64,000 nucleotides of DNA from Thermodesulfobacteriota bacterium (GCA_034189385.1 JAXHVD010000005.1:96001-160000); one strand, 5' to 3'. Shown: positions 1 to 10,936, counted from the first letter of the stretch. Notes: a model not told the origin generated them from the sequence alone. Numbers and translations: made by a program.

Positions 1-1
1 G

Positions 2-694
2 CTGGCCTTTGAAAGGGAGCTTGCGGGGATGGGCCGAGGAGAAGAGAGAGAATTTGACATCACTTTCCCGGAAGGCTACGGACAGCCGCAGCTTGCCGGC
101 GAGGCCGTTACGTTTCGTGTGTATTTGCATCATGTTTTAGAACCAATAACGGTGGAAAGATATGAAGACCTTGACGGAAGGGTGTCGGCCAATGAATATA
201 CCTTGGCAGACAGTGAAGGGCTGCAACAATACAACATCAATCTATACTACAAGGTCCTTGGTGGGGCTGTTAGGAGAGGGTGGAAACCTCCCATGGCCGA
301 TTGCCTCATGCTCATGAATCTGTTCCTTACGTTGGGGTTCGTGGATCGGGCCGCAGCGCTTATTGAAGACCTTCCTCAAAACCCCGTGGCCCTGTCCCAC
401 GGAGCCCACATCTTTGCCGTGAATGGTCAACCTGAGAAGGCCCTGGAGCTTTTGGACAGGGCAGGTAACGATGGGCCTAGGGGGCCTTTGATCCGGGCCC
501 AAGCGTTATTTGATCTAGATAGGTTCGAGGAAGCAGAGGCACTGGTGAAAGACATGAAAAACCTCAACGATATCCAGCTCACAGGCCTTCAAGTGGAGCT
601 TGCCTCCAGGCTATGCCTTCCCATGGAGACGCTGCTTGAGAGAAAAGAGCGTCTCCTCGATGCAAAAATGCAGGCCCTTCTTCAAACGAGGTGA
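2..694 (+). CDS. 5'-truncated protein with trigger-factor-like FKBP domain followed by TPR-like helices
   Basis: Frame open from window start (LAFERELAGMGRGEEREFDITFPEGYG...LAGEAVTFRV) resembles the trigger factor PPIase domain; the C-terminal part is helical/TPR-like and unlike the Tig C-domain. Confidence 0.6.
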   Translation: MAFERELAGMGRGEEREFDITFPEGYGQPQLAGEAVTFRVYLHHVLEPITVERYEDLDGRVSANEYTLADSEGLQQYNINLYYKVLGGAVRRGWKPPMADCLMLMNLFLTLGFVDRAAALIEDLPQNPVALSHGAHIFAVNGQPEKALELLDRAGNDGPRGPLIRAQALFDLDRFEEAEALVKDMKNLNDIQLTGLQVELASRLCLPMETLLERKERLLDAKMQALLQTR

Positions 695-725
695 TAGGTG
701 CCGCTTAGTCATTTGGAAGGACCCT

Positions 726-1544
726 ATGGCCAGCGAAATAGAAGAGAGAGTATACAAAGCGGTCTGTGAATCGAACAGGAAACTCACCCCCCGTGAGGTA
801 GAGCTCGCCTGCGTAAAAGAGATCGGAACTGACAGACAAAGGGTAAAACAGGCCGTTAGGGCGTTGGTGAAGCAGGGGGCCCTGAGCTACACCTATGTCT
901 ATGGTACCAGTTTCCTGGAGCCCTCTTTTGACAGGCCTGTGAGGGTTTCCAAGCGGATCGTCCTGAAGCCCCCTCAGAAGCGGTATGAACCACTCCCGGG
1001 AGAGGTGGTGATGGACATTGCAGGGGGAGCTGCCTTTGGAAACGGGGCCCATCCGACCACGTGCCTGGCCCTACAGGCTATAGATGGTGCCCTAGACGAT
1101 GCTTTTTCCTCAACAAGAAAGGGGCCTTTTACTGGGCTGGATCTTGGGACAGGCACAGGGATCTTGGCCATTGCACTGGCAAAACTGGGTGTTGAAAGGG
1201 TCCTTGGCCTTGATATCGACCCCTGTGCGGTGTCTGAGGCCAGACACAATGTTTCTTTAAATGGGCTTTCGGAACAGGTTACGGTAGCGAACACTCCCTT
1301 GCACAAGGTGGCTTCAAGTTTTTCTGTCATTGCGGCCAATCTGGCCTATCCAACCCTTGCGGGCTTCTGCGCCCGGCTATCAGAGAAGTTGGAGGCAGGG
1401 GGCATCCTGGTCCTTTCAGGGTTTAAGGGGGCTGCGGCCAAAGACCTTAAAAGAGCCTATTCAGAACAGGGTTTGAGATTGATTCGAGAAGAGACCGATC
1501 GTCAGTGGGTCGGCCTGGTGCTAGGCAAACCAGAAAGGCCTTGA
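726..1544 (+). CDS. prmA: PrmA-like (ribosomal protein L11) methyltransferase with N-terminal winged-helix-like extension
   Basis: AFGNGAHPTT motif, SAM motif LDLGTGTGIL, AANL, LVLSG; ATG at 726 after GGAAGG. Confidence 0.7.
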   Translation: MASEIEERVYKAVCESNRKLTPREVELACVKEIGTDRQRVKQAVRALVKQGALSYTYVYGTSFLEPSFDRPVRVSKRIVLKPPQKRYEPLPGEVVMDIAGGAAFGNGAHPTTCLALQAIDGALDDAFSSTRKGPFTGLDLGTGTGILAIALAKLGVERVLGLDIDPCAVSEARHNVSLNGLSEQVTVANTPLHKVASSFSVIAANLAYPTLAGFCARLSEKLEAGGILVLSGFKGAAAKDLKRAYSEQGLRLIREETDRQWVGLVLGKPERP

Positions 1545-1578
1545 AGCCGGCGCAGGATGTGAGAGAACGACGCACCTC

Positions 1579-2889
1579 TCATGAAAAAAAGCTCCCCATG
1601 ATCCTGCTGAATGCCTCTCCCTGCTGGGGGGCCGAGGGTTTCGTCTCCTTTGATATGAGGATGTCTCTTCTCAGGAAGGGCAAAAAGTCTGACACCTTTG
1701 GGATGATGACCCTTACGGCTGGAAAAGCCAACACCGGATGGGTATGATCTAGGATGATACATTCAGTGTTAAGCTGTGTGCATATCCTTTTGACTTCTTC
1801 AATTTCGCTAAGCATGTCTTTGATCTCAATAGGTTTACAGGTGGTCCTGTCTCCTTGTTCAAGAAAGGAGATGTCCTTCAAGGAAACACCGCATCTCATC
1901 AACATATAAAGATCCCTGATGCGGGATCTGTGAACTACTGGTCGATCGAACTGCGGACGCGGTGCTCGGAGTGTCTCTCGGCCTTGAACACCTTCTAAAA
2001 GGCATCTTCTCAACCCTTCCCATGAATGGAAAGATGCGCCGGCTATGAGCATTCTATGTTCCAATCGGTCAGGGCGCAGATTGTGGTTGATAAACAGGAC
2101 GCCTATGCTGGGAAGGAGTCCATTGAAAGAAAGGTCTTTGATCATGATAGCAACATTGCTCTTTTGGTAGAGCTCGATCATATCCTTTATAAGCGGGTCG
2201 TCCACCGAGTCCAGTTCTATCGTGGGCACGGTTTTTTCAGGTTTGATGATTTGTATTTGGGCGTGACGTTCAAATATCTCACATGAGGCCTGGATGATGG
2301 CCTCTTCAATGGTATTTCCCGCTGCCATCCCATTGGAACCATGGATATAGGCGATGAAATGGACTGGCACTTTTACGATCTTTTCGCTGATGATTGAAAA
2401 CCCGTCTACCCAGTCCCTGGCCATTCTGCTGTTCTTAATCTCTTCAATGTCTTTCTCTGTCAGGTGACGCTCGGCTGCCAGCAGGTCCTCTATTTTCAAA
2501 GGATTCTCCAAATCATCCTGATGGGCATGGACGTATCCCTCCATCCATTCGTAATTCAGAAATCGGTTGGTTTCCTGATTGTAGAGGCCGGGTGCGTTAA
2601 CCCTCACCTGTTCCTCAAAAACCGGATAGAACAGACCAGCGCTGAAACGTTCTGCCAGTTCGGCGTGTGCACTGGCCTCTGCCAGCTCTGGAGTAGTGCC
2701 TTTTCCCTCACAGACGATCCTCATGGAATCAATCCATACACGGCCCCAATGCATATTGTTCGAGATGCCGAAAGGGGAGTATTCCGTGTAGAGCTCCAGT
2801 TTCTGTAAACCGTCCTTAATTCTACTAACCGTGTTGGACGGAAGATCACACTTGCCGTATTCATTTCTGATGTCGTTTTGAAACTCCAT
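1579..2889 (-). CDS. YcaO-like family protein
   Basis: GKGxTxxxAxASAxAExxER, SNGMAAGNTIEEA...EIFER and VRVIIP motifs; ATG at 2889 with GGGAGA upstream. Confidence 0.85.
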   Translation of the reverse strand: MEFQNDIRNEYGKCDLPSNTVSRIKDGLQKLELYTEYSPFGISNNMHWGRVWIDSMRIVCEGKGTTPELAEASAHAELAERFSAGLFYPVFEEQVRVNAPGLYNQETNRFLNYEWMEGYVHAHQDDLENPLKIEDLLAAERHLTEKDIEEIKNSRMARDWVDGFSIISEKIVKVPVHFIAYIHGSNGMAAGNTIEEAIIQASCEIFERHAQIQIIKPEKTVPTIELDSVDDPLIKDMIELYQKSNVAIMIKDLSFNGLLPSIGVLFINHNLRPDRLEHRMLIAGASFHSWEGLRRCLLEGVQGRETLRAPRPQFDRPVVHRSRIRDLYMLMRCGVSLKDISFLEQGDRTTCKPIEIKDMLSEIEEVKRICTQLNTECIILDHTHPVLAFPAVRVIIPKVSDFLPFLRRDILISKETKPSAPQQGEAFSRIMGSFFS

Positions 2890-3248
2890 TCGACCTGTTT
2901 CTCCCAAGTTATGATGATAGAGAAGGCATTTTTTGAGGGAAGAATATAAAAAGAGAGGGCCTAGTGTGTCAAGGTTTGGATATCGAGCTGTGGACCCATC
3001 TGTTTTCACGGGTGGGCAACCGCTCTTGACAGGGGATGATGGTTTATAATATACGACATTGATGTTTTTAGGGCAGCATGCTGGCGGCGTACACAATAAG
3101 TCTTTTTGAACGAAAGGGGGGGTGCGCGTTTCGGTCAGGAAGCATGTCTTAAGAAGGTTCCCACTCGAGGTCAGGGGGGGGTGTTTTTTGGGGGCGGTCT
3201 AACCGCACATATCAAGTCAAGAAGCTGTTAGTAACAGGAGGTGTCTAA

Positions 3249-3581
3249 ATGGCGGACTATTACATCAATGTCTTTTTGGATGGGGACAAACTCAAGCAGG
3301 TCGAGGATGCTGGATTGGCAGATCAGGTTCAGGAAATAGATGGCAAAAAGGCCGTTCAAGTGGTTGTTAACAGAAAGGAACAAAAGAAACTTGCGAAAGG
3401 GTTTCCAGATATGTCCTTTGACGCTTCAAATGCCTGCGTGCTTCCTGAAGAAGCGGAGAAGACCTTGATGGGTTTTATAACGGAAAACAAGTCCTTGGAT
3501 GTGATGAAGTTTGCGATTCTGAAGCTATACAACCCTCTTGCCGGAAGGGGCATCTCTGGAAGGGGGACGGGGGGGCGCTAG
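3249..3581 (+). CDS. Hypothetical protein (110 aa)
   Basis: Strong SD AGGAGGT, protein-like composition; no recognised domain. Confidence 0.75.
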   Translation: MADYYINVFLDGDKLKQVEDAGLADQVQEIDGKKAVQVVVNRKEQKKLAKGFPDMSFDASNACVLPEEAEKTLMGFITENKSLDVMKFAILKLYNPLAGRGISGRGTGGR

Positions 3582-3775
3582 TAATAGACAAGAACGCCCT
3601 TTTTCAAACAACATGCCGTTCAGAGAGGGAATGGGCCCGTCTACCCATTCCCTCTCTTATTCCGATGGGTTCTGACCCGGCAAGGGTGTCAAGCGGCCAC
3701 TTGGATTTCTTGGCACCAAAAACAGAAACGTCGTTAGTGAACGACTGAAGACTCAACGGTTCAAAAAGGAACGTG

Positions 3776-4399
3776 ATGAAAAAGCCGAAGACTACGAGAG
3801 AATACATTGAAGACCAGGTGCGGACCTTGGTTAGCACCCCTGAGTGTGGAACGACGCACTACAACCTTGCCGTGGGGCTGATTGCAGAGGGAAGGTGGGA
3901 TGAGGCCAGGGAGGAACTCCTGGCTGCCGTCAATGAATGCCCCACTTTGGGAGAGGCTTACGTGGCCCTAGGTGGCCTTTCTTTGCGCAAGGGAGATCTG
4001 GACGCCTGTATCCACTTTAATCAGCGGGCCATTGCGGTGAGGCCGAAGTTTGCCCAGCCCTATGGAAATCTTGGTTTTGTCTATGTACAAAAGGGTGATC
4101 CAGAGACGGCCGTTGATTTCCTGGAAAAAGCGGTCTCCATTAACCCCATGTTCATTCAGGCGTACAGCACCTTGGCCAGTGCCTACTTTATGCTGGGCCG
4201 ACTGGATGAATCGATTGCAGTCGCCAACAAGGCGTTGGAGCTTGATTCCACCTTTCCCGTTGCTCATAACAACCTGGCCCTGGCTTATTTTGAGAAAAAG
4301 GCCTACAAAGAGGCTATCGAGCATTGCGACAAGGCCCTGTCTGGAGGATTTCAGGTTGAGCCGAAGTTCTTAAAGGAGTTGGAGCCTCATCGGCAGTGA
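3776..4399 (+). CDS. Tetratricopeptide repeat protein
   Basis: Repeated TPR patterns (HYNLAV, AYVALG, PYGNLG, AYSTLA, AHNNLA). Confidence 0.9.
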   Translation: MKKPKTTREYIEDQVRTLVSTPECGTTHYNLAVGLIAEGRWDEAREELLAAVNECPTLGEAYVALGGLSLRKGDLDACIHFNQRAIAVRPKFAQPYGNLGFVYVQKGDPETAVDFLEKAVSINPMFIQAYSTLASAYFMLGRLDESIAVANKALELDSTFPVAHNNLALAYFEKKAYKEAIEHCDKALSGGFQVEPKFLKELEPHRQ

Positions 4400-4426
4400 T
4401 GGGCCTTTTGTCCAACGGTTTCCGAC

Positions 4427-5680
4427 TTGATTTCGGATATCCATTATCCACCTCTATGCCCTACTGATAAGGGCATCTTGCAGTCTTTGACTATCGCCCA
4501 CCAACCCAACATCAAGTACCTGCTCCCTTCCCCTGAAGGATACGTGCCAGCTGATGCGTCTTTGTGCCAGACTCCCATGCGTCTGACCCGTTGTGAGGCC
4601 CGCCCGTCCCATGGCCCTGCCTTCACATATGGTGCCTATTTCAAAGCGATTCGAGACGTCATTTCCAAAGATGGCCACAAGCTGCTGGTCCACGCTACAG
4701 AGAGGCGACTGGCAAGGAAGGTCCTGCTCTCTGATATGGAAGCGGTCCTCATTTATGGGGAAAAGCACGGGAGTGACTACCATCCGGCCAGGATCGAGGT
4801 ATGGGCGCAAGGCGCCTGCGTCTCTTTTGTCATGAACGTGGCTGTTTCGGCAAGGGGAAAGGTGCGGCTGTGTCACGAGTATGATGTCTTGCGGCACCTT
4901 GACAGGAAATTTGTTTTTTCCTTTTTGCCGCATCCTTATTTTTACGGAGAGGCCTCCTGTCATGGGGGCCACGATGGAGAGACAGATACATTAATGACCA
5001 TGTTTTTGGCAGACTGGTTTGAGGGGTATCACGAGTTCCACCTTTCCATGGACAAGGCGACTGGTTCCCAAAGGCTGGTGATGTGGGATGCGGACAAGGG
5101 CAACCCATCCCTTTCACGCCAACAGGCCTGGGAGCTATACCGTCAGGGGGCCATGATTCTTACCCTCTATTACGACATCGAGACCTTCGAACAGATCTTC
5201 CCCTGGCATCATGCCGCCGGAGACTTCGTGGTCAGGGCAGAGGACGATGGCCTTGACATGAAGCTGGTGACGGCAAGGCAATATGGCCCTATGGTGGACC
5301 CCTGCCAAGGGGTTTCAGCCTATGAGGCATTACTCCTTTTCTTGTTGAACCTGTCCATGAGGATGCGGCTGGACCGTCTGGATGGTGTGGGCGCTGTGGC
5401 TTGGGCAGACAGCGAGTGCGTGGGCGCCATCGTGAAGGGCTTTGTGGATGGACTCAGGATGAAGGAGCAAGAAGGGATGATTCCCAGGGGTTTTGTAAAT
5501 GCCTTCCTCCGACAATGCGCTTCCTTTGCCAGACGCCACCTATCAGAGAGGTTCCATGCCCTTGTGGATGCCTGTGATCCAGGGGCTCCAGATATGCCTG
5601 TTATTAGACGGTGCCTGGGAAGGCATATCCAAGAGTGCCATTTGACCCTTCAAGAAGAATCCAAGAGCCAGTTGGCATAA
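4427..5680 (+). CDS. Hypothetical protein, possible kinase-like fold; start uncertain
   Basis: 417-aa ORF with EKHGxxYHPA and WHHAAGDFVV motifs, directly upstream of the dsrA promoter. Confidence 0.65.
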   Translation: MISDIHYPPLCPTDKGILQSLTIAHQPNIKYLLPSPEGYVPADASLCQTPMRLTRCEARPSHGPAFTYGAYFKAIRDVISKDGHKLLVHATERRLARKVLLSDMEAVLIYGEKHGSDYHPARIEVWAQGACVSFVMNVAVSARGKVRLCHEYDVLRHLDRKFVFSFLPHPYFYGEASCHGGHDGETDTLMTMFLADWFEGYHEFHLSMDKATGSQRLVMWDADKGNPSLSRQQAWELYRQGAMILTLYYDIETFEQIFPWHHAAGDFVVRAEDDGLDMKLVTARQYGPMVDPCQGVSAYEALLLFLLNLSMRMRLDRLDGVGAVAWADSECVGAIVKGFVDGLRMKEQEGMIPRGFVNAFLRQCASFARRHLSERFHALVDACDPGAPDMPVIRRCLGRHIQECHLTLQEESKSQLA

Positions 5681-5748
5681 ACGGGTTGCCCCTTGCCAAC
5701 GCCCTCTCGTGCAAGAAAAAACAACCCGGCCAGGCAAGGTTTTTTTTG

Positions 5749-5777
5749 TTGACAAAACGCACGAATAAGTCTATAGG
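5749..5777 (+). promoter_or_regulatory. Putative sigma70 promoter of dsrABDN
   Basis: TTGACA-17 bp-TATAGG about 195 nt upstream of dsrA. Confidence 0.55.
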
Positions 5778-5971
5778 CTGGGGCTGCACAAGCGTCTTTT
5801 CATCCTTAAGTTTGCGACATTCCTTTAACACACTAACACCCATTTTTCTCTGCGCCGGCGGTTGCGTTGCACAGGGATCATCGGACATGGAGAGGAGGTG
5901 AGGAGCGACATCCTTGTAATCGGAAGCGAGCTACAGAGAGATTTCTCAAATAATGAAATGGAGGTGGAATA

Positions 5972-7294
5972 ATGGTTGAGTTCAAACACAAAACTCCCAT
6001 GATTGATCAGCTGGAAACTGGGCCTTGGACGAGCTTTGTCTCAGACATCAAGCGCGAACACGAGTCCAGGATGAACAACGAAAAAGGGATCGATTACCAG
6101 TTTGACCAGGATTGTTGCGATGACCTCTTGGGTGTATTGGAGTTATCCTATGAGCACGGCAGGACCCACTGGAAGCACGGCGGCATCGTGGGCGTGTTCG
6201 GATATGGCGGCGGCGTCATCGGCCGGTATTGCGACCAGCCTGAGATGTTTCCAAGTGTGGCCCACTTTCATACCATGCGTGTGAATCAACCCATGGGGCA
6301 CTACTACACCACGGAGTACTTGGAGCAGCTCATGGACCTGTGGGAAAGACGCGGCAGCGGTATTACCAATATGCACGGTTCCACAGGGGACATCATCTTT
6401 CTCGGGACAAGCACGCCCCAGTTGGAAGAGGTCTTCTATGAATTGACCCACAACATCAACCAGGACCTGGGTGGTTCAGGGTCGAACCTGCGGACCCCCT
6501 CTGACTGCATGGGTCAGTCCATGTGCGAGTGGGCCTGCTACGACACGCAGGAGATCTGTTATCAGCTTACCATGGAGTATCAGGACGAGCTGCACAGGCC
6601 GGCCTTCCCATACAAGTTCAAGTTCAAGTTTGACGGATGCCCCAACTGCTGCGTGGCTTCCATTGCCCGATCTGACCTCTCCTTTATCGGCACCTGGCGC
6701 GATGAGATCCGTATCGACCAGGAGGCGGTCAAGGCCTATGTAGGCGGTGATTTAGTGCCTGGCGGCGGTGACCATGCGGGTCGCGATTGGGGCGCCTTTG
6801 ACATCGAAAAAGAGGTGATCGATATTTGTCCCACTCAGTGTATGCGATGGGACGGCAGCAAGCTTGAGATCAATAACCCTGAGTGCACCCGGTGCATGCA
6901 CTGCCTCAGCGTCATGCCCAGGGCCCTTCGAATAGGAAATGATAGGGGCTGTTCCATCTTGGCCGGCGCCAAGGCCCCCATCCTGGATGGGGCCCAGATG
7001 GCTACACTGATTGTACCGTTTATCAAGGTTGAACCGCCCTATGATGAGATCAAGGAGACAGTCGTCGAGCCCATCTGGGATTGGTGGATGGAAGAGGGCA
7101 AGAACCGCGAGCGCCTTGGTGAGTTGATTAAACGGCAAGGGATGCAGAAGCTTTGCGAGGTCACCGGTTTCAAGGCCATCCCCCAGATGGTCCAGGAGCC
7201 TCGATCCAATCCGTACGTCTTCTGGAAAGAGGAAGAAGTACCTGGCGGATGGAAGCGCGATATTAACGAATTCAGGAAGTATCATCAGAGATAG
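5972..7294 (+). CDS. dsrA: Dissimilatory sulfite reductase alpha subunit
   Basis: [48 protein letters not shown] and ferredoxin Cys motifs. Confidence 0.99.
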   Translation: MVEFKHKTPMIDQLETGPWTSFVSDIKREHESRMNNEKGIDYQFDQDCCDDLLGVLELSYEHGRTHWKHGGIVGVFGYGGGVIGRYCDQPEMFPSVAHFHTMRVNQPMGHYYTTEYLEQLMDLWERRGSGITNMHGSTGDIIFLGTSTPQLEEVFYELTHNINQDLGGSGSNLRTPSDCMGQSMCEWACYDTQEICYQLTMEYQDELHRPAFPYKFKFKFDGCPNCCVASIARSDLSFIGTWRDEIRIDQEAVKAYVGGDLVPGGGDHAGRDWGAFDIEKEVIDICPTQCMRWDGSKLEINNPECTRCMHCLSVMPRALRIGNDRGCSILAGAKAPILDGAQMATLIVPFIKVEPPYDEIKETVVEPIWDWWMEEGKNRERLGELIKRQGMQKLCEVTGFKAIPQMVQEPRSNPYVFWKEEEVPGGWKRDINEFRKYHQR

Positions 7295-7305
7295 GGGGTG
7301 AAACC

Positions 7306-8457
7306 ATGGCGTTTATTTCTTCAGGATACAATCCCGACAAACCGATGGAAAACAGGATTACCGATATCGGACCGCGATATTACGAGGAATTCTATCCACC
7401 AATCATCAAGAAAAACAAAGGCAAATGGCTCTATCACGAAATCCTAGAGCCGGGCATTGTGGTGCATGTGGCTGAAAGCGGAGACGAACTCTATACGATC
7501 CGCTGTGGCGGCTGTCGCTTGATGACTGTGTCGCACATCCGTGAAATCATGGAGATTGCCGATAAGTACTGCGACGGCTATGTCCGGTGGACGACGCGGA
7601 ATAACGTGGAGTTCATGGTGGATAGCAAGGACAAGGCCATGGCCTTGAGAGACGACGTAATGGCCCGGAAACAGCCTGGCGGGTGTTACAAATTTCCCGT
7701 TGGTGGCACGGGCGCTGGCATTACCAATATCGTCCACACCCAGGGCTGGATTCACTGCCACACACCGGCCACGGATGCCTCTGGAACGGTCAAGGCCACG
7801 ATGGACGAGGTCTTTGACGATTTCACCAGCATGAGGCTTCCGGCCAAGCTCAGGATTTCCATGGCCTGCTGCCTGAACATGTGCGGCGCAGTTCACTGTT
7901 CCGATATTGCGATTCTGGGTTACCACCGCAAGCCGCCCATGATTGATGTGGAGTACATTGACAAGATGTGCGAGATTCCCCTGGCCGTTGCAGCCTGCCC
8001 CACGGCAGCCATCAAGCCGGCCAAGGTGGAAGTCGATGGCAAAAAGCTCAACAGCGTAAAGGTGAACGAAGAGCGGTGCATGTTCTGCGGCAACTGCTAC
8101 ACCATGTGCCCGTCCATGCCGTTGGCTGACACAGAGGGAGATGGTATCGTTCTGATGGCAGGCGGCAAGATATCAAACAGGGTAGACGCACCGAAGTTTT
8201 CCAAGGTTGTCGTCGCCTTCATCCCCAACGAACCGCCTCGCTGGCCCACGATGACCAAAACTATCAAGAAGATGGTTGAGGTGTACTCCGCCGACGCAAA
8301 CAAGTACGAGCGCTTTGGCCAATGGGCTGAGAGGATCGGCTGGGAGAGATTCTTTGAGAAGACCGGTCTGGAATTTACCCATCATCTCATCGACGATTTC
8401 CGTGATCCGGCCTATTACACCTGGCGTCAGACCACGAACTTCAAGTTTACCAAGTAG
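7306..8457 (+). CDS. dsrB: Dissimilatory sulfite reductase beta subunit
   Basis: [10 protein letters not shown]..., [34 protein letters not shown]. Confidence 0.99.
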   Translation: MAFISSGYNPDKPMENRITDIGPRYYEEFYPPIIKKNKGKWLYHEILEPGIVVHVAESGDELYTIRCGGCRLMTVSHIREIMEIADKYCDGYVRWTTRNNVEFMVDSKDKAMALRDDVMARKQPGGCYKFPVGGTGAGITNIVHTQGWIHCHTPATDASGTVKATMDEVFDDFTSMRLPAKLRISMACCLNMCGAVHCSDIAILGYHRKPPMIDVEYIDKMCEIPLAVAACPTAAIKPAKVEVDGKKLNSVKVNEERCMFCGNCYTMCPSMPLADTEGDGIVLMAGGKISNRVDAPKFSKVVVAFIPNEPPRWPTMTKTIKKMVEVYSADANKYERFGQWAERIGWERFFEKTGLEFTHHLIDDFRDPAYYTWRQTTNFKFTK

Positions 8458-8480
8458 AAGAGGTAAAAACGAAAACACTA

Positions 8481-8505
8481 GCCCCTCCCCCCGCGGGGGA
8501 GGGGC
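8481..8505 (+). repeat. GC-rich hairpin between dsrB and dsrD
   Basis: GCCCCTCCCCC-CGC-GGGGGAGGGGC inverted repeat, no U-tract. Confidence 0.6.
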
Positions 8506-8545
8506 GACACACACGATACTTTGAATCTCGGAAAAGAGGCAAGCA

Positions 8546-8785
8546 ATGGACGAAGAAGCAGCAAAAAAGACGATCATAGAAGCGCTTGAGAAGAAAAAGG
8601 GGAAGTCCAAATTTTATCTGAAGGACTTCTACAAGATGCTTCCTGACGAGAAAAACAGGGCCGTGAAGAACCTGGTGAACAAAATGGTGGGCGAAGGGAC
8701 CCTCGAGTACTGGTCCAGCGGAAGCACTACCTTGATCGGTCTTAAAGGTGCCGGTAAGCAGCAGCACGGAGAAGGCGAGGATTAG
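8546..8785 (+). CDS. dsrD: DsrD
   Basis: KSKFYLKDF...LEYWSSGSTT motif, immediately after dsrB. Confidence 0.97.
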   Translation: MDEEAAKKTIIEALEKKKGKSKFYLKDFYKMLPDEKNRAVKNLVNKMVGEGTLEYWSSGSTTLIGLKGAGKQQHGEGED

Positions 8786-8868
8786 CCGAAGCTCGTTCCT
8801 TGAACGGGGTCTCTCGGGCCACTGTTCAGGAAAGCCAGCTTATTGACGGCTGTCAAGAAACCAAACCT

Positions 8869-10272
8869 ATGGCTGTTCCCCGTATCCTGATTACGGCCCT
8901 TCGGGGCGGGTCGGGGAAGACGATCGTCTCTCTGGGAGTGATCGCGTCTTTGCGCAAGCGAGGGATGGCCGTTACCCCCTTTAAGAAGGGACCGGATTTT
9001 ATCGATGCGGGGTGGCTGGCCCTAGCCGCCGGCCACCCCTGTCATAACCTGGACACCTTCTTGATGTCCTCCCGGCAGATCTATCTTTCCTTTTCAACCC
9101 ACACACTTGAGTCAGACCTGGCCGTGATCGAAGGCAACCGGGGTCTCTACGATGGTATGGACCTTGAAGGCAGTACCAGTACCTCGGAACTGGCCAAGCT
9201 CCTGAAGGTCCCTGTGGCCCTTATCATCGATTGTACCAAGACGACCCGCACTGTGGCGGCTCTGGTCTTGGGCTGTGTCCAATTCGACCCCCACGTGAAC
9301 ATCTGCGGCGTAATCCTGAATCGGCTGGCTGGCGCCCGCCATGAATCGATCACCCGCCAGACGGTTGAGCAGCAATGTGGCCTTCCTGTCCTGGGTGCCA
9401 TCCCCAAGATCAAGGGTGAAGCCTTTCCAGAAAGGCACATGGGCCTCGTGCCAACGCCCGAGCATAACTGGGCTGAGGAATCGATTGCCCAGGCGGCGCA
9501 GATGGCGGACAAGTACTTGGATCTGGATGCCATTGTAAAGATCGCCGAAGGGGCACCTGGTTTAGATGATATCCCGCCCACACCATCCCCCCGTGGCCAG
9601 GGGAGAGGAGAGAAGGGTCTATCGCCTCGCATTGGGATCATCCGCGATGGGGCCTTTCAATTCTACTATCCTGAAAACCTGGAGGCCCTTGAGGCCGCCG
9701 GCGCAACGATTGTTACGTTGAATGCCCTTTCAGATCAAGGCCTTGGCGATCTGCATGGCCTTTACATTGGGGGAGGGTTTCCAGAGACGCAGGCCCAGGC
9801 CCTTTCCGCAAACAGAGGCTTTCGGCAGGACCTGCGCCGGTTGGCCGAAGAGGGGCTTCCCATCTATGCCGAGTGCGGCGGCCTCATGTATCTGGGGGAG
9901 CGCTTGGTCTTGGACGGCGTAAGTTATCCCATGGTGGGGGTCCTTCCTGTTACCTTCGGGTTCTCAAGACGGCCTCAAGGACACGGCTACACCATTTTTG
10001 AGGTAGCAAAGCCCAACCCCTTTTTCAAGGTCGGGGCCCATGTTCGGGGCCATGAGTTTCATTATTCCAACGTGTTGGAATGGCAAGAAGCATCAGAGGA
10101 TCTGGCCTTTAAGATGATCCGGGGAGAGGGGTTTAACGGCACGGGGGACGGTCTTTGCTACAAGAACACTCTGGCCACCTATTCTCATATCCATGCCCTG
10201 GGGAACCCTCTCTGGGGCGAGGCCATGGTCAAGGCGGCGGGGGCATTTCAAAAAGGAAAGCTCACGGCGTAA
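8869..10272 (+). CDS. dsrN: DsrN, siroheme amidase (cobyrinate a,c-diamide synthase family)
   Basis: GGSGKT, FKKGPDFID, EGNRGLYDG, ERHMGL, YAECGGLMYL, GHEFHYS; position after dsrD. Confidence 0.92.
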   Translation: MAVPRILITALRGGSGKTIVSLGVIASLRKRGMAVTPFKKGPDFIDAGWLALAAGHPCHNLDTFLMSSRQIYLSFSTHTLESDLAVIEGNRGLYDGMDLEGSTSTSELAKLLKVPVALIIDCTKTTRTVAALVLGCVQFDPHVNICGVILNRLAGARHESITRQTVEQQCGLPVLGAIPKIKGEAFPERHMGLVPTPEHNWAEESIAQAAQMADKYLDLDAIVKIAEGAPGLDDIPPTPSPRGQGRGEKGLSPRIGIIRDGAFQFYYPENLEALEAAGATIVTLNALSDQGLGDLHGLYIGGGFPETQAQALSANRGFRQDLRRLAEEGLPIYAECGGLMYLGERLVLDGVSYPMVGVLPVTFGFSRRPQGHGYTIFEVAKPNPFFKVGAHVRGHEFHYSNVLEWQEASEDLAFKMIRGEGFNGTGDGLCYKNTLATYSHIHALGNPLWGEAMVKAAGAFQKGKLTA

Positions 10273-10295
10273 GGCTTTAGGGTAAGCTTTTCTCC

Positions 10296-10334
10296 AAAAA
10301 AAAAGGGGTAAGCTCCCAAAAGAGAACCTACCCC
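10296..10334 (-). terminator. Rho-independent terminator of the cytochrome c3 gene
   Basis: Minus strand GGGGTAGGTTCTC-TTTT-GGGAGCTTACCCC followed by a T9 run. Confidence 0.8.
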
Positions 10335-10361
10335 ATTTCTAATCCATCTTTCTCTGCGTTG

Positions 10362-10817
10362 CTATTTCTTCTTGGGATGGCAATCCTTGCACGCAGTGGG
10401 CGGGGTCTTGCCAGCCTTTTTCGCATCCTTGTGGCACCCCACACAGTTTTCATGGATGGCTGAATAGTAGTAGCCCTGTGCAGCCTTCTCCGGCCGCGTC
10501 AACTTCTTTTCGCCTTCCTTTGCCTTCGGGGCCTTGGCCTTGTCGTGACATCCTGCTGCGGAACACTTTTTGACCTCGTCGCCTTCCTTCCACACGTTCT
10601 TGCCCTCTTTGTACACATGGTGGCAATCCGCGCACGGCGCTTTGTAATCCACGTTGTGCTTCTTGTGGCTCAGCGTAACCAGGGCCTTTTTGTGTTTTGT
10701 AAAGACCTTGGATTCCAGGACGATGTTGTCAGGCGCCTGCTGGGTGGCATACACTCCTGCAAAGAGGAAGGCCACGCCCATGGCTACAACAGCCAGTACG
10801 ATCAACGATTTCTTCAT
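10362..10817 (-). CDS. Periplasmic tetraheme cytochrome c3 (type I-like)
   Basis: Sec signal peptide; heme motifs CADCH, CSAAGCH, CVGCH, CKDCH; Lys-rich. Confidence 0.95.
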   Translation of the reverse strand: MKKSLIVLAVVAMGVAFLFAGVYATQQAPDNIVLESKVFTKHKKALVTLSHKKHNVDYKAPCADCHHVYKEGKNVWKEGDEVKKCSAAGCHDKAKAPKAKEGEKKLTRPEKAAQGYYYSAIHENCVGCHKDAKKAGKTPPTACKDCHPKKK

Positions 10818-10936
10818 AAGCTCCTTTCACCCCCTTTCCTACAGAGTTTATCATCGGCAATATACCAACCATTTGCACACAAAAATACGTCGTCTTGGCT
10901 AACAGATTTTCCTATTGGTGTCAAGAAGAAAACCCC

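Noticed and set aside
5706..5765. Rex operator upstream of dsrA
   Set aside because: Only partial matches to TTGTGAA-N4-TTCACAA by eye; needs matrix scoring.
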